Assembly: GCA_047601445.1 (NCBI GenBank)
Contig: JASGJH010000001.1
Span: 2,592,001 to 2,656,000 of the forward strand
Source of the DNA: Myxococcales bacterium
Lineage (GTDB): Bacteria > Myxococcota_A > Polyangia > Polyangiales > DASUME01
DNA: 64,000 bases
Direction of reading: 5' to 3'
Shown here: positions 39,308-51,336 of the stretch, piece after piece
Position numbering within the stretch: position 1 is the first letter of the stretch
Layout of the letters: each line of letters opens with the position of its first letter
The notes under the pieces: generated by a model
Databases searched by the model: none
Told to the model about the DNA's origin: nothing
The model's input: the letters and a program-made list of their open reading frames with translations, nothing else
Translations under genes and position numbers: made by a program

Positions 39308-40585
39308 ATGATGAAGCGCCGCCATTTCTTGGCCGCAGGTTCCGCCGCCGCGCTCAGCACGGGTCTCGCCCTGTGGTTTCGCGCGCGTGGCAAGGCCCCC
39401 CAGGAACTGCCCGCTGACCTCGCCTTGGTACGCGACCCCGCGCGTACGCTCGACCTGCCCAAGGGCTTCTCCTACCGCGTCATCGAGCGCGTCGGTGAGC
39501 CCATGAGCGACGGCTATCGCGTGCCCGGTCGCCCCGACGCCATGGCGTGCTTTCCGCTCGAGGCCGGCGGCTTCGCTCTGATGCGCAACCACGAGCTCGA
39601 TCCGAGCCTCGGCTCCATGAGTGCCTACAAGGTCGGCACCAAGGCCCCCGCCCAGGCCTACGACCCACGCAGCTACGGCGGCGTGAGCCGCGTGGTGTTC
39701 GACGCCCAGGGCCGCAAGGTCGGCAGCAACCTGGTCTTGACCGGCACGGCGCGTAACTGCGCGGGCGGCGTGAGCCCATGGGGTTGGCTCTCCTGCGAGG
39801 AGAACGTCGACTTCGGTCACGGCTACGTCTTCCTGTGCTCGCCCGAAGCCGACAGCGTGCGCGCGCCGCACCGCATCGATGCCTACCGCCGCTTCCTCCA
39901 CGAAGCCGTGGCCATCGATCCCACGGACAACGCGGCCTACCTCACCGAGGACCGCATGGACGGCTGCCTCTACCGCTTCGTCCCTAGCAAGCCGAGCGAG
40001 CCGTTCGGGGCGGGCAAATTCCAGGCGCTCGCCGTGGCCGACGTGGCGCGCTTCGATCTCGGCGCCGATCTGCCCGAGAAATCCAGGTTCAAGGTGCGCT
40101 GGGTCGATCTGCCCGCACGCGCTGGCGTGCACGCCGACGATCTGCGCTATGCGGCGCAGGAGCACGGGGCAGCCATCCTCAAGCGTGGCGAGGGCATCTG
40201 GCGCATGGCCGACGGCTTCGCGTTCACGTGCACCGAGGGCGGTGGTATTTCGTGCGGTCAAATCTTCCACCTACGGCCCACGGCCACGGGCGGCACGCTG
40301 GAGCTCATCGCCCAATCCCGCAACGACGCCGCGCTCGACATGCCCGACAACATCACGCTCACGCCGTGGGGCGATCTGATGGTCTGCGAAGACAACCATC
40401 GCGTGGTTCATCTGCGGCTGGTCACGCCGCAGGGCCAGGTCGTGCCCTTCGCGCGCAACCGGCTGAGCCGCAGCGAGTTCTCGGGCGTGTGCTTCTCGCC
40501 CGACGGACGCACCCTGTTCGTGAACATCCAGGAAAACGGGCTCACCCTGGCCGTGGACGGCGACTGGGCGAGCCTGCGCGTCTGA
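39308..40585 (+). CDS. phoX: Tat-exported PhoX-like (DUF839) alkaline phosphatase
   Basis: KRRHFL Tat signal; LMRNHE, NCAGGVSPWG.WLSCEE, HEA, YLTED, RGEG, PDN, CED, EFSG.CFSPDG.TLFVNIQ. Confidence 0.85.
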   Translation: MMKRRHFLAAGSAAALSTGLALWFRARGKAPQELPADLALVRDPARTLDLPKGFSYRVIERVGEPMSDGYRVPGRPDAMACFPLEAGGFALMRNHELDPSLGSMSAYKVGTKAPAQAYDPRSYGGVSRVVFDAQGRKVGSNLVLTGTARNCAGGVSPWGWLSCEENVDFGHGYVFLCSPEADSVRAPHRIDAYRRFLHEAVAIDPTDNAAYLTEDRMDGCLYRFVPSKPSEPFGAGKFQALAVADVARFDLGADLPEKSRFKVRWVDLPARAGVHADDLRYAAQEHGAAILKRGEGIWRMADGFAFTCTEGGGISCGQIFHLRPTATGGTLELIAQSRNDAALDMPDNITLTPWGDLMVCEDNHRVVHLRLVTPQGQVVPFARNRLSRSEFSGVCFSPDGRTLFVNIQENGLTLAVDGDWASLRV

Positions 40586-40667
40586 CCCCACGTACCGGGC
40601 GACTCCGGTGAGCGCAGCTGTCTTCTCGCTGCGGGTGCGGCCCTCAGCCCGTGGAACGGAGCGCGCG

Positions 40668-40991
40668 TCAGACCTTCTTGGCCCAGGCGGTACAGTAGCC
40701 GTTCGGGTGGATGGGCCCCTTGACCACCTGACAGCTCCCACACTGACTCGGCGCGGGCGCCGCCACAAAGAGGTGGCAGTCCCGGCAGTGTTTGTCTGGC
40801 TGCGGCGATTGGTCCGCGTACTGCAGGGCCGAACGGGCCATCTTCTCGGGCTCACTCAGGCCACCTACGTCCGAACAACTCTCGGGCTCGCTCTTGCCGC
40901 CGCCGCAGGCCGAAAACAGCGCTGCGAGCGCGGGCGCCGCACCCAGGATTTGCAGCGTGGCCCTGCGCGAAAGCTTGGTTCCTTCAGCCAT
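40668..40991 (-). CDS. HiPIP-like [4Fe-4S] protein with Tat lipoprotein signal
   Basis: SRR..L signal, FSA-C lipobox; LQY...CRDC..F...CGSC.VVKG.I.PNGYC.AW. Confidence 0.85.
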   Translation of the reverse strand: MAEGTKLSRRATLQILGAAPALAALFSACGGGKSEPESCSDVGGLSEPEKMARSALQYADQSPQPDKHCRDCHLFVAAPAPSQCGSCQVVKGPIHPNGYCTAWAKKV

Positions 40992-41063
40992 CCTTCACCT
41001 CTCAGGGAACCTATCTTGGTCCCTTCGCTTTCCGAGGCAACCGCGTGCTATGGTCGCGCCGCA

Positions 41064-42278
41064 ATGGCTACCGACGTGGAGCGCGCAGACGACGCCATCC
41101 GCATCACGTTCACCGGGGTCGATCGACCGGGCATTACCGCCGAACTGGCAGGCTTGCTCGCCGAGGCGGGGGCAACTCTGCTCGACATCGAACAAGTGGT
41201 GGTGGAAGAACGGCTCAACCTCAATTTCCTGGTCGCCCTCGAGGGCGGTGAAAACGGCTCACGCCCGGTCCTCAAGGAGGTCCTGTGGAAGGCCCGCGAA
41301 CTGGGCCTGCACGTGGACTTCGACCTGGCCCCGCGCGTGCGTCAGCGCAGCGCGGACAAGCCCGTCTGGGCGCTCACGGTCATCGCCAACCCCATCGACG
41401 TCAGGCTCCTGGCCACGCTCTCGCAGACCACCGCGCGGGCCGGCTTCAACATCGAGCGCATCCATCGCCTGAGCCACAAGACGCTCACCTCGGCGGAGTT
41501 CTCGCTGAGCGGTGAGTGCGGCGAGCCGGAGCGCGCCCTGCGGGCAGGGCTCATGAAGCTGCGCGCGGAGTTTCAGTGCGACCTGGCGTTGCAGCGCGAG
41601 ACGCTGACCCGCCGCAGCAAGCGCCTCATCGTGATGGACATGGACTCCACGCTCATCCAGCAGGAGGTCATCGACGAGTTGGCCGTCTCGCTCGGGGTCC
41701 AGGACAAGGTGAGCGCCATCACCCACCGCGCCATGAACGGCGAGCTCGACTTCGACCAGAGCCTGCGCGAGCGCGTCCGCCTGTTGAAGGGCACCCCCGA
41801 AAGCGCGCTCGTACAGGTGCTCGAGCGCATTCATCTGACGCCTGGAGCCGAGGAATTGGTGCGCGTGCTGAAGCGCCTCGGCTACCGCACGGCGGTGATC
41901 TCGGGCGGGTTCATCGAGGTGGTGGAGCCCATTCAGAAGCGACTCGGGCTCGACTACGCCTATGCCAATCGACTCGAGGTCAAGGACGGGCTGCTCACCG
42001 GCGAGGTCCTGGGCACCATCGTCAACCGCCAGCGCAAGGCCGAGCTCCTGGTCTCCATCGCGCAGACCGAACGCATCGGTATCGACCAGGTCATCGCCGT
42101 CGGCGACGGCGCCAACGACCTCGACATGCTGCACCGCGCCGGCCTCGGTATCGCCTTCAACGCCAAGCGCACCGTGCAGGAACAGGCACAGGCGGCCATC
42201 AACCAAACCAGCTTGATGTCCATTCTGTACCTGCTCGGCATCCGGGACATCGACACGCTCTCGATCGGAGAGCACTGA
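41064..42278 (+). CDS. serB: Phosphoserine phosphatase with ACT domains
   Basis: G.DRPGI, MDMDSTLIQQEVIDELA, AMNGELDF, SGGF, GDGANDL. Confidence 0.93.
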   Translation: MATDVERADDAIRITFTGVDRPGITAELAGLLAEAGATLLDIEQVVVEERLNLNFLVALEGGENGSRPVLKEVLWKARELGLHVDFDLAPRVRQRSADKPVWALTVIANPIDVRLLATLSQTTARAGFNIERIHRLSHKTLTSAEFSLSGECGEPERALRAGLMKLRAEFQCDLALQRETLTRRSKRLIVMDMDSTLIQQEVIDELAVSLGVQDKVSAITHRAMNGELDFDQSLRERVRLLKGTPESALVQVLERIHLTPGAEELVRVLKRLGYRTAVISGGFIEVVEPIQKRLGLDYAYANRLEVKDGLLTGEVLGTIVNRQRKAELLVSIAQTERIGIDQVIAVGDGANDLDMLHRAGLGIAFNAKRTVQEQAQAAINQTSLMSILYLLGIRDIDTLSIGEH

Positions 42279-42281
42279 TCC

Positions 42282-43202
42282 ATGCGGCAGCTGCGCGAAG
42301 TCCCCGACGAGCGCACGGGCCGCATGTTGGTCGACGCGCTCGATGACGCGGGGATCGAGAGCGAGCTGAAGGTGGGCGGGGCCGGCTCCAGCGTGGTCTG
42401 GGTGCTCGACGAGACCCAGCTGCCGCGCGCCAAAGAGCTGACCGCCGGCTGGCTCGACGCCGGGGAAATCGGCGAGAACTTCCAGCGTGCGTCCGCCCGC
42501 GGTCGCGGCGCGCGCGAGCTCAAGGAGCGCACCGATCAGCGGCGACGCGAACAGGCGGAGGCCGCCTCTCGCGAATTCGAAGCACTGACCAAGCCGAGGC
42601 CCACGCCACTCACCTGGGGACTCATCGCTCTCTGCGTGGGCATCGCCATCCTTGGCCAAGTTGGCGATCACCGCCAGGTCTTCGCCGCCCTCGGCATGAC
42701 CGATCCACGCGAGCCGATCCACGTCACCGTCTTCACGGCGTTCGGTCAGCGCATCGAGTGGCTCGCCCTGCCCTGGCGCGAACCCTGGCGCATGATCACG
42801 CCCATCCTCGTGCACGTCACGGGTTGGCACATTCTGTTCAACATGCTCTGGCTGCGCGACCTCGGACGGCTCGTCGAGGCCCGCCACGGCGCGCGCTACC
42901 TGCTGGCGTTCGTGCTGGTCAGCGGCGTGCTCTCCAACATCGCGCAGTACCAGCTGGGCCAGGGCGTCGCCTTCGCGGGCATGTCCGGCGTGGTCTACGG
43001 CCTCCTGGGCTTGATCTGGATCCGCGGGCGCCTGGACCCGAACGCGGGCTACGGCCTCTCGCGCTTCACCGTTCAGTTCATGTTGATCTGGCTGGTGGTC
43101 GGCTTCATCGGCGATTTGCGCATGGCCAACTGGTGCCACCTGTTCGGCCTGCTCATCGGCGCGGCCTGGGGCTTCATCAGCGCACAACCCGCACGTCGCT
43201 AG
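42282..43202 (+). CDS. Rhomboid intramembrane serine protease (GlpG-like)
   Basis: EPWR, HILFNMLW, GMSGVVYG, AN.CH. Confidence 0.9.
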   Translation: MRQLREVPDERTGRMLVDALDDAGIESELKVGGAGSSVVWVLDETQLPRAKELTAGWLDAGEIGENFQRASARGRGARELKERTDQRRREQAEAASREFEALTKPRPTPLTWGLIALCVGIAILGQVGDHRQVFAALGMTDPREPIHVTVFTAFGQRIEWLALPWREPWRMITPILVHVTGWHILFNMLWLRDLGRLVEARHGARYLLAFVLVSGVLSNIAQYQLGQGVAFAGMSGVVYGLLGLIWIRGRLDPNAGYGLSRFTVQFMLIWLVVGFIGDLRMANWCHLFGLLIGAAWGFISAQPARR

Positions 43203-43793
43203 CTAGGCCGCGTTGCGATCGATGGGCGAAGGCGGCACCGACGGGGTCGGCGGCACCGAGGGAGTCTGCACGGGCGCGGCCACGGGCTGCGCGACCGTCT
43301 TGGGCTCGAGCTTGATGGGCCGGCCGTGCTCGTCGTACTGGTAGTCGATACGCGTGCCCAGGAGCCAATCGAACCACGGGCGCGTGACGCACCAGTTGGC
43401 GTCTTGCTCGATGCCCATGTGATGATCGTAGTGGTGCTTGAGGTGCTGCTTGGCCCACTCCGGATCGAGGTGCGCGCGCTTGTGCTTGAAGTAGTAGTCG
43501 AGGGCCGAGTAGCAGACGGTGGCCGTGAAATAGGGGGCCACGGGGAAGAGCGGGAGGTGGAGCGCCACCAAGCCTGCCAGGCTCAACGCTTCCTTGCCCT
43601 GGGCGTGCAGACCGAACACCGGGCGTTCGTAGTCCGGGTCATAGAAGGCGTGTTTGCGCGAGGCGCGGTGATGCTCGCTCCAGTGGAAGCTCCAAAAGCT
43701 CTTCTTTTTTTTGCCGATCCCGTGGAGAACGTACTTGTGGATGAGCCACTCGCCCGCGTTGGCGTACAGAAGTCCAAGTGGAATGCCGAGCAT
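43203..43793 (-). CDS. Sterol desaturase/fatty acid hydroxylase-like His-box membrane protein
   Basis: EWLIHKYVLH, HWSEHH, HKRAH, HHYDHH, NW.VT.PW.D; GGAGG RBS. Confidence 0.78.
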   Translation of the reverse strand: MLGIPLGLLYANAGEWLIHKYVLHGIGKKKKSFWSFHWSEHHRASRKHAFYDPDYERPVFGLHAQGKEALSLAGLVALHLPLFPVAPYFTATVCYSALDYYFKHKRAHLDPEWAKQHLKHHYDHHMGIEQDANWCVTRPWFDWLLGTRIDYQYDEHGRPIKLEPKTVAQPVAAPVQTPSVPPTPSVPPSPIDRNAA

Positions 43794-43865
43794 GGGTACA
43801 ACCTCCGGCAAGGGACCGCGCGTACCCGCGCGGTCAAAGCCCCGGCCCCGCTCTCCAAAAAAAAC

Positions 43866-43934
43866 GTGACCGATTAGTCATTATATGACCTGGCGCACCC
43901 CCTCTTGTCGAGATCAAAGTGACCGAATGGTCAT
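43866..43934. promoter_or_regulatory. Two TetR-type operators TGACC-N4-(G/A)GTCA
   Basis: gTGACCgattAGTCAt (43866-43881) and gTGACCgaatGGTCAt (43919-43934) between divergent genes. Confidence 0.75.
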
Positions 43935-43960
43935 CCTTTCTACTTGTGCGGAGGTAAGTC

Positions 43961-44656
43961 GTGCCCACTAAGGGGGCGGGACGCCTACCTCCCCAGGTAC
44001 CAGGGGAACGACCGGGGCCCGTCGGCGGCAAGCGAGACGCCAACCGCCGCGCGCGCACCGAGGGGCTGCTCGACGCGGCCAAGAAGCTGTTTCTCGAGCA
44101 CGGCCTCGAGAGCGTGAGCATCGACGACATCACGCGCGAGGCGGGTGTCGCGAAGGGCAGCTTCTACCGCTACTTCGCGGACAAGGAGGACCTCTCGCGG
44201 GCCCTCTTGGCGCCCACCCGCGAGCGCGTATTGGGAGCGTTCGCGCGTGCTCAGCGCAAGCTCTCGCAGGCCACCGAGCCTGGCCAGGCACGCTCGGCGT
44301 ATCTGCGCCTCGGTCGCGAGCTCGCCGCGGCCTTGATGGGGGATCCGGCCATCGCGCGCCTCTACCTGCAGGAGAGCCGCGCCCCCGGCGTCGCAGCCCG
44401 CTTGCCCGTGCGGGAGCTCGAGCGCGAGGTCGTGCAGGCCGCGCGCAGCCTGACCGAGGTGGCCTTTGCCCACGGGCTCTTGCGAGGCGCCCATCCGCAG
44501 GTGAGCACCCTCAGCGTAATCGGCGCCGCCGAGCGCTTGCTGCACGCGTTCTTCAACGGTGAGCTCGAGGTCGACCCGGTGTCTGCGATGCAGGACCTGG
44601 TGATGATCGTGCTCGATGGCATCCGCGACAGCGGCCCCAAGCGCCCCAGCAAGTAG
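43961..44656 (+). CDS. TetR/AcrR family regulator
   Basis: LLDAAKKLFLEHG...SIDDITREAGVAKGSFYRYF.DKEDL. Confidence 0.92.
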   Translation: MPTKGAGRLPPQVPGERPGPVGGKRDANRRARTEGLLDAAKKLFLEHGLESVSIDDITREAGVAKGSFYRYFADKEDLSRALLAPTRERVLGAFARAQRKLSQATEPGQARSAYLRLGRELAAALMGDPAIARLYLQESRAPGVAARLPVRELEREVVQAARSLTEVAFAHGLLRGAHPQVSTLSVIGAAERLLHAFFNGELEVDPVSAMQDLVMIVLDGIRDSGPKRPSK

Positions 44657-44693
44657 CGAACATGCCGCAAGCGCTCGCGCGAACCGCGGCCCA

Positions 44694-45704
44694 CTAGGGC
44701 GTCGCGGACTCGGCGAGCAACTTGTCGAGCCAGCTCCCGAACGCGTCGGACGCGGCCAAGGTCTTCACGCCGGGTGCCACGGCACGCACGGTGAGCGCGC
44801 GCGCCTCGTCGAGCAGCCCCGCCTCCCGAAGCAGCTCGGCCAGCGATTGCCCTCCGACGATCTTCAGGGCTTCGGCGACTTCGTTCTCGATGATTGCGCG
44901 GAACCACGCTTGCTTCGGCAAGTGGTCGAGCACCTTGGCGACGACTCCGGCAATCTCGTGCTCGGGCAGGTGGCGGAAGTCGGCGATCACGTCGCTCAGC
45001 TTGCCGGCGATTACGCGATCGACCACGCGCTCACGGATGCGCAGCACGATCTTCTGCCCTTCGTCGCTCTTCATGCGCACGCCCAGCGCCGTGCGGAACT
45101 CGGTAATGGCAGTCTGCGAGAAATCCCGGGCCACGCTGTTCATCACGGTCTTGCCCGCTTCGGCGAGCTGACCTGCGCTCTTCTGGACTTGCTTGCCGAT
45201 CATGCCGACCAGGCCGCCGAGCCCGCTGCCGCCGCCAGCGCCACCGCCGCTGCCTCCGCCCACGCCTCCCAGGCCCGGAATGGGAAGCTTCGAGGCAAAC
45301 TGGATCAGCACCTGCTGCACCACGGGCGCCACCAGCTGCCGAATGTCGTCCGGATCGACGGCCCCCTTGAGCCAGCCGAGGCGCGGCCCCTTGCCGCTCG
45401 CCACGATCGCCCGCAGCTGCTTCTCGCCTTCCTCGCCGAGTCCGTCCTTGAGGCGCTCGGGCTTGCCCGCGAAGGCAGCATCCACGCGCGCGATGATCGG
45501 CAGCACATGGCGTTCGGCGATGCGCTCGGCGTTGTCGGCGGTCAACGCCTTGAAGATCAACGGGGCCAGGCCCGGATCGGACAGGAGCACCGACAAGGGC
45601 TGCGCCGTGATGGCGTCGAAGGTGAGAGTGAGGAGGTCATCGCGGAGAGGGCTTTCGTCCGCGGAAAGCAAGGATTGGATCTTCGTGCGCTGCGCCTGAG
45701 ACAT
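44694..45704 (-). CDS. Hypothetical helical protein with Gly-rich linker
   Basis: 336-aa ORF with coding-like codon bias. Confidence 0.7.
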   Translation of the reverse strand: MSQAQRTKIQSLLSADESPLRDDLLTLTFDAITAQPLSVLLSDPGLAPLIFKALTADNAERIAERHVLPIIARVDAAFAGKPERLKDGLGEEGEKQLRAIVASGKGPRLGWLKGAVDPDDIRQLVAPVVQQVLIQFASKLPIPGLGGVGGGSGGGAGGGSGLGGLVGMIGKQVQKSAGQLAEAGKTVMNSVARDFSQTAITEFRTALGVRMKSDEGQKIVLRIRERVVDRVIAGKLSDVIADFRHLPEHEIAGVVAKVLDHLPKQAWFRAIIENEVAEALKIVGGQSLAELLREAGLLDEARALTVRAVAPGVKTLAASDAFGSWLDKLLAESATP

Positions 45705-45833
45705 GCCCCGACAGTGCGAAGAAACCGGCGACCAGTCAACCGTCTCCGCCGCGCTCCGCGGGCTCTATCGCAACAAGACTCACCGCCCTGACACGAACGG
45801 ATGGTAATGTCTGCGCGCAACGAGGGGAGCCGG

Positions 45834-46778
45834 ATGAGGAAGCGCGTTTCAACTGTGTTGGGGGCCACGATGTTGATGGCTTGTGCCGGTGGCCCGAAGC
45901 CGGCCCAGGTCCCCCCGAGCGACCTGGTCTCGAAGACCACCGGCGACACCGAAACCGTGGTCCCTCCGGCCCCGGGCTTCGGCGGACGCCTGTTCGACAA
46001 CTGGATCAAAGAGCTGCACTCCGACTTCCTCCCCGACAATCCGGATACCCCCGAGGCCGACGGTCGAGGCGGCCCGTTCGGCAATGGCACCCTGCCTGGC
46101 CACGACGGCAACCCCATGCTCAACAGCGGGCACAACTACCGCATCAAGAACCTGTTCGGCTGGGACCTGCGCGGCGCCGACGGCATCTACGGCCCCCGCT
46201 ACGCCAACAAGTCCCACGTGCTGTTGCCCGATCTGCTCAAGAACACCGACAGCCGCGAGGATTGGATCATCCGGCTCGACGAAGGTGAAGACGCCATCCC
46301 GGCCTTCGGCAAGGTGCTCACGCGACCGCAGATCGAAGCCGTCGTGGACTTCTTGCTCGGCATCCGCGATGGCACGCTGCCGCGCCCCGAGGACCTGTTC
46401 GCGCTCTCCGAGAATACCCCTGGGAATTATCAGCTCACACCGGGTGGCGACGCCGAACGCGGACAGATCTACTTCACGCAGACCTGCAGCCACTGCCACG
46501 GCGCCGACGGGGCGTCCTTTCTGCTCGACGACGGCAAGCTTTCGCTCGGCATGTTGATGCGCACCGAGGGCTACGAGACCTGGGCCAAGATCCTCAGCGG
46601 CCAGCCGGGCACCGGCATGCACTCGCAGCTTCCCCAGGGCGCCCCGCGTGAGGAGCTCACTCAGATCCTGCGCGATCTCAACGCGGCCACCTGTGACCGC
46701 ACGCGCTACCCCAAGGGCGCCGCCACGGGCGACGACGTGCCTGACGGCGATCTCCGCTGCGGCTCGTACCTCAAGTAG
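45834..46778 (+). CDS. c-type cytochrome lipoprotein
   Basis: LMA-C lipobox; CSHCHG.DG and GQPGTGM distal ligand region. Confidence 0.82.
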   Translation: MRKRVSTVLGATMLMACAGGPKPAQVPPSDLVSKTTGDTETVVPPAPGFGGRLFDNWIKELHSDFLPDNPDTPEADGRGGPFGNGTLPGHDGNPMLNSGHNYRIKNLFGWDLRGADGIYGPRYANKSHVLLPDLLKNTDSREDWIIRLDEGEDAIPAFGKVLTRPQIEAVVDFLLGIRDGTLPRPEDLFALSENTPGNYQLTPGGDAERGQIYFTQTCSHCHGADGASFLLDDGKLSLGMLMRTEGYETWAKILSGQPGTGMHSQLPQGAPREELTQILRDLNAATCDRTRYPKGAATGDDVPDGDLRCGSYLK

Positions 46779-46783
46779 CAGCC

Positions 46784-47728
46784 ATGTCCTTCGACAGCTT
46801 TCCCGTCCTCGACCTGCACGGCGCGGCAGAGGGTTCGCACTCCGCAGCGCTCGCGGCAGAGCTCGGAGCTGCCCTGCGCGAGTTCGGCTTCGTGGGCGTG
46901 ATAGGGCACTCCGTGAGCATGGAGCTGCGGGCCCGCGCCTACGCTGCGACCAACGCCTTCTTCGCCTTGCCGGAGGCGCAGAAGGGCGCCTATCACCAGG
47001 CAGGTCGCGGCGGCGAGCGCGGTTACACGCCCTTTCGCGTGGAGACCGCGAAGGATCAGACCGATCCCGACCTGAAAGAGTTCTGGCACGTGGGCCGCGA
47101 GCTGCCCGAGCACGAGCTCGCGCGCGCGCGCTTGCCGGCGAACGTGTGGCCCATGGAGGTCCCGGACTTTCGCGAGAGCATGCTGGCGCTCTATGCCGCG
47201 CTGGACTCCCTGGGCAAGACGCTGCTCTCGCTCGTCGCCACGCATCTCGGGCTCGCCCCCGACTGGTTCGATGCCGCCGTCGATCACGGCAACAGCATCC
47301 TGCGACCTCTGCACTACCCGCCGCTCGCCGCCGATTGGCGCGGTGTGCGCTCGGCGCCCCACGAGGACATCAACCTGATCACGCTGCTGATCGGATCGGG
47401 TGAACCCGGGCTCGAGATCTTGCGCCCCGACGGCAGCTGGCTCCCCATCGAAACCCCACGCGATCAGATCGTCGTCAACGTGGGTGACATGTTGCAGCGA
47501 CTCACGAACCACGTGCTGCCCTCCACCACTCACCGCGTAGTGAACCCGCCCGCACCTTGGAACACGCGATCGCGCTACTCGCTGCCCTTCTTCCTGCACT
47601 TCAATCCCGAATTCGAGATCGTCACGTTGCCTAGTTGCGTGAGCGAAACGCGCCCCGATCGTTATCCACAATCCATCACCGCCGACGCCTACCTGCAGCA
47701 GCGCTTGCGCGAGATCGGGCTGCTCTGA
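46784..47728 (+). CDS. Isopenicillin N synthase-family 2OG-Fe(II) oxygenase
   Basis: FFALP, RGY, DLKE, LHYPP, HED, NVGDMLQ, HRV, RYS. Confidence 0.92.
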   Translation: MSFDSFPVLDLHGAAEGSHSAALAAELGAALREFGFVGVIGHSVSMELRARAYAATNAFFALPEAQKGAYHQAGRGGERGYTPFRVETAKDQTDPDLKEFWHVGRELPEHELARARLPANVWPMEVPDFRESMLALYAALDSLGKTLLSLVATHLGLAPDWFDAAVDHGNSILRPLHYPPLAADWRGVRSAPHEDINLITLLIGSGEPGLEILRPDGSWLPIETPRDQIVVNVGDMLQRLTNHVLPSTTHRVVNPPAPWNTRSRYSLPFFLHFNPEFEIVTLPSCVSETRPDRYPQSITADAYLQQRLREIGLL

Positions 47729-47837
47729 GCGCGTGCGCAACGCGCGTGGTGCAACGCGCGCGCCACGACTCATCGACGATCCGCGCACGATTTGGGATCG
47801 ACAAGTGCGCGCCAGGATGATCTAACTGCGTCTACCG

Positions 47838-50177
<2,340 letters not shown>

Positions 50178-50229
50178 TCGCGAAGGGATTTTGGTGGCAC
50201 CCGAGATCGCGAGACGGCACCATGCGCCC

Positions 50230-51045
50230 ATGAGCCGCGACGCGATTCCCTACGAGCTCGAAGGCATGGTGTCCACGGTCACCGTGCTGCGCCTGCTGAC
50301 CGACGATCTGGCCTCCGTGCAGAAGGCACTGCGCAACAAAATCGAGCAGATGCCCGGCTTCTTCCAGGACGCCGCGGTCGCCGTGGACCTCTCGGTACTC
50401 GAGGGAACAGACGACGACGCGGAGGAAGATCCGCCGCGCGCGCGCCGCGAGATCCCGCTGCAGAAGATCGTCACCATGCTGCGGGAGCTCAAGCTGGTGC
50501 CGGTGGGCATTCGCTACTTGCGGGAGGCGCGGCGCGCCGAAGCACGTGCCGCGGGCCTGGGCATGCTGCGGGGCTCGAGCCGCAAGCCCACCAGGAGCGT
50601 CCCCAAGGATCCGAACGTCGCCGCCAAGCCGGTCGACGACGCGCGAGCCCAGGACGAGCGCCGCAGCGGCAACGAACGACGGGTCGACGGTCCCATGCCG
50701 GCTCCCATCGTGGTCCCGCCCTCCACGCTCATCCTGCGTACGCCCCTGCGCTCCGGGCAGGTGGTCTACGCCGAACAGTGCGACGCCGTGGTGCTCTCCC
50801 ACGTCAATGCCGGCGCCGAGCTCATCGCCGACGGCAACATTCACGTGTACGCCTCGCTGCGCGGACGAGCCTTGGCTGGAGCGCACGGCAACGAAGAGGC
50901 GCGCATCTTCTGCAAGAGCCTCGAGGCCGACCTGGTGGCCATCGCTGGTTGCTATCTTCGCTCCGACGAAATTCCCGAAAATCGGCGCGGAAAACCCGCG
51001 CAGATCTATCTCGAGAAGGGCCAGCTGGTCATCGCAGATCTGTAA
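50230..51045 (+). CDS. minC: Septum site-determining protein MinC
   Basis: PGFF, PLRSGQ, VNAGAELIADGNIHVY..LRGRALAG. Confidence 0.92.
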   Translation: MSRDAIPYELEGMVSTVTVLRLLTDDLASVQKALRNKIEQMPGFFQDAAVAVDLSVLEGTDDDAEEDPPRARREIPLQKIVTMLRELKLVPVGIRYLREARRAEARAAGLGMLRGSSRKPTRSVPKDPNVAAKPVDDARAQDERRSGNERRVDGPMPAPIVVPPSTLILRTPLRSGQVVYAEQCDAVVLSHVNAGAELIADGNIHVYASLRGRALAGAHGNEEARIFCKSLEADLVAIAGCYLRSDEIPENRRGKPAQIYLEKGQLVIADL

Positions 51046-51070
51046 GCGCAGCCACAGCATTCGGCATGAA

Positions 51071-51095
51071 ATGGGGCCTGCCTGCGAGGCCCCAT
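51071..51095 (+). terminator. Hairpin between minC and minD
   Basis: atggggcct-gcctgcg-aggccccat; weak U tail. Confidence 0.45.
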
Positions 51096-51336
51096 ACGTG
51101 TTTCCAGCTCACGTTTGCCTACATTAGATCACACGCCAACCATCCGAAATCGTTGCCGAAAATTTGTCCTCGCTCGCGTTTTCGCGGTTCATGGGCAAAC
51201 GCGCACGCATCCACACGGATCCGAGCGCCCAAGACAGCAGTTTCAGACGCGACGAGGAGCTCGGGTAATCCGGGCGGGTGATCGAGCAGGGCATGGCGAG
51301 ATCGCGCGTAGCTCCGAGAACGCGGGGAGGTCCGAA

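Noticed and set aside
47728..47770. Short gcaacgcgcg duplication upstream of the SNF2 gene
   Set aside because: Low-complexity GC sequence; two copies are compatible with chance
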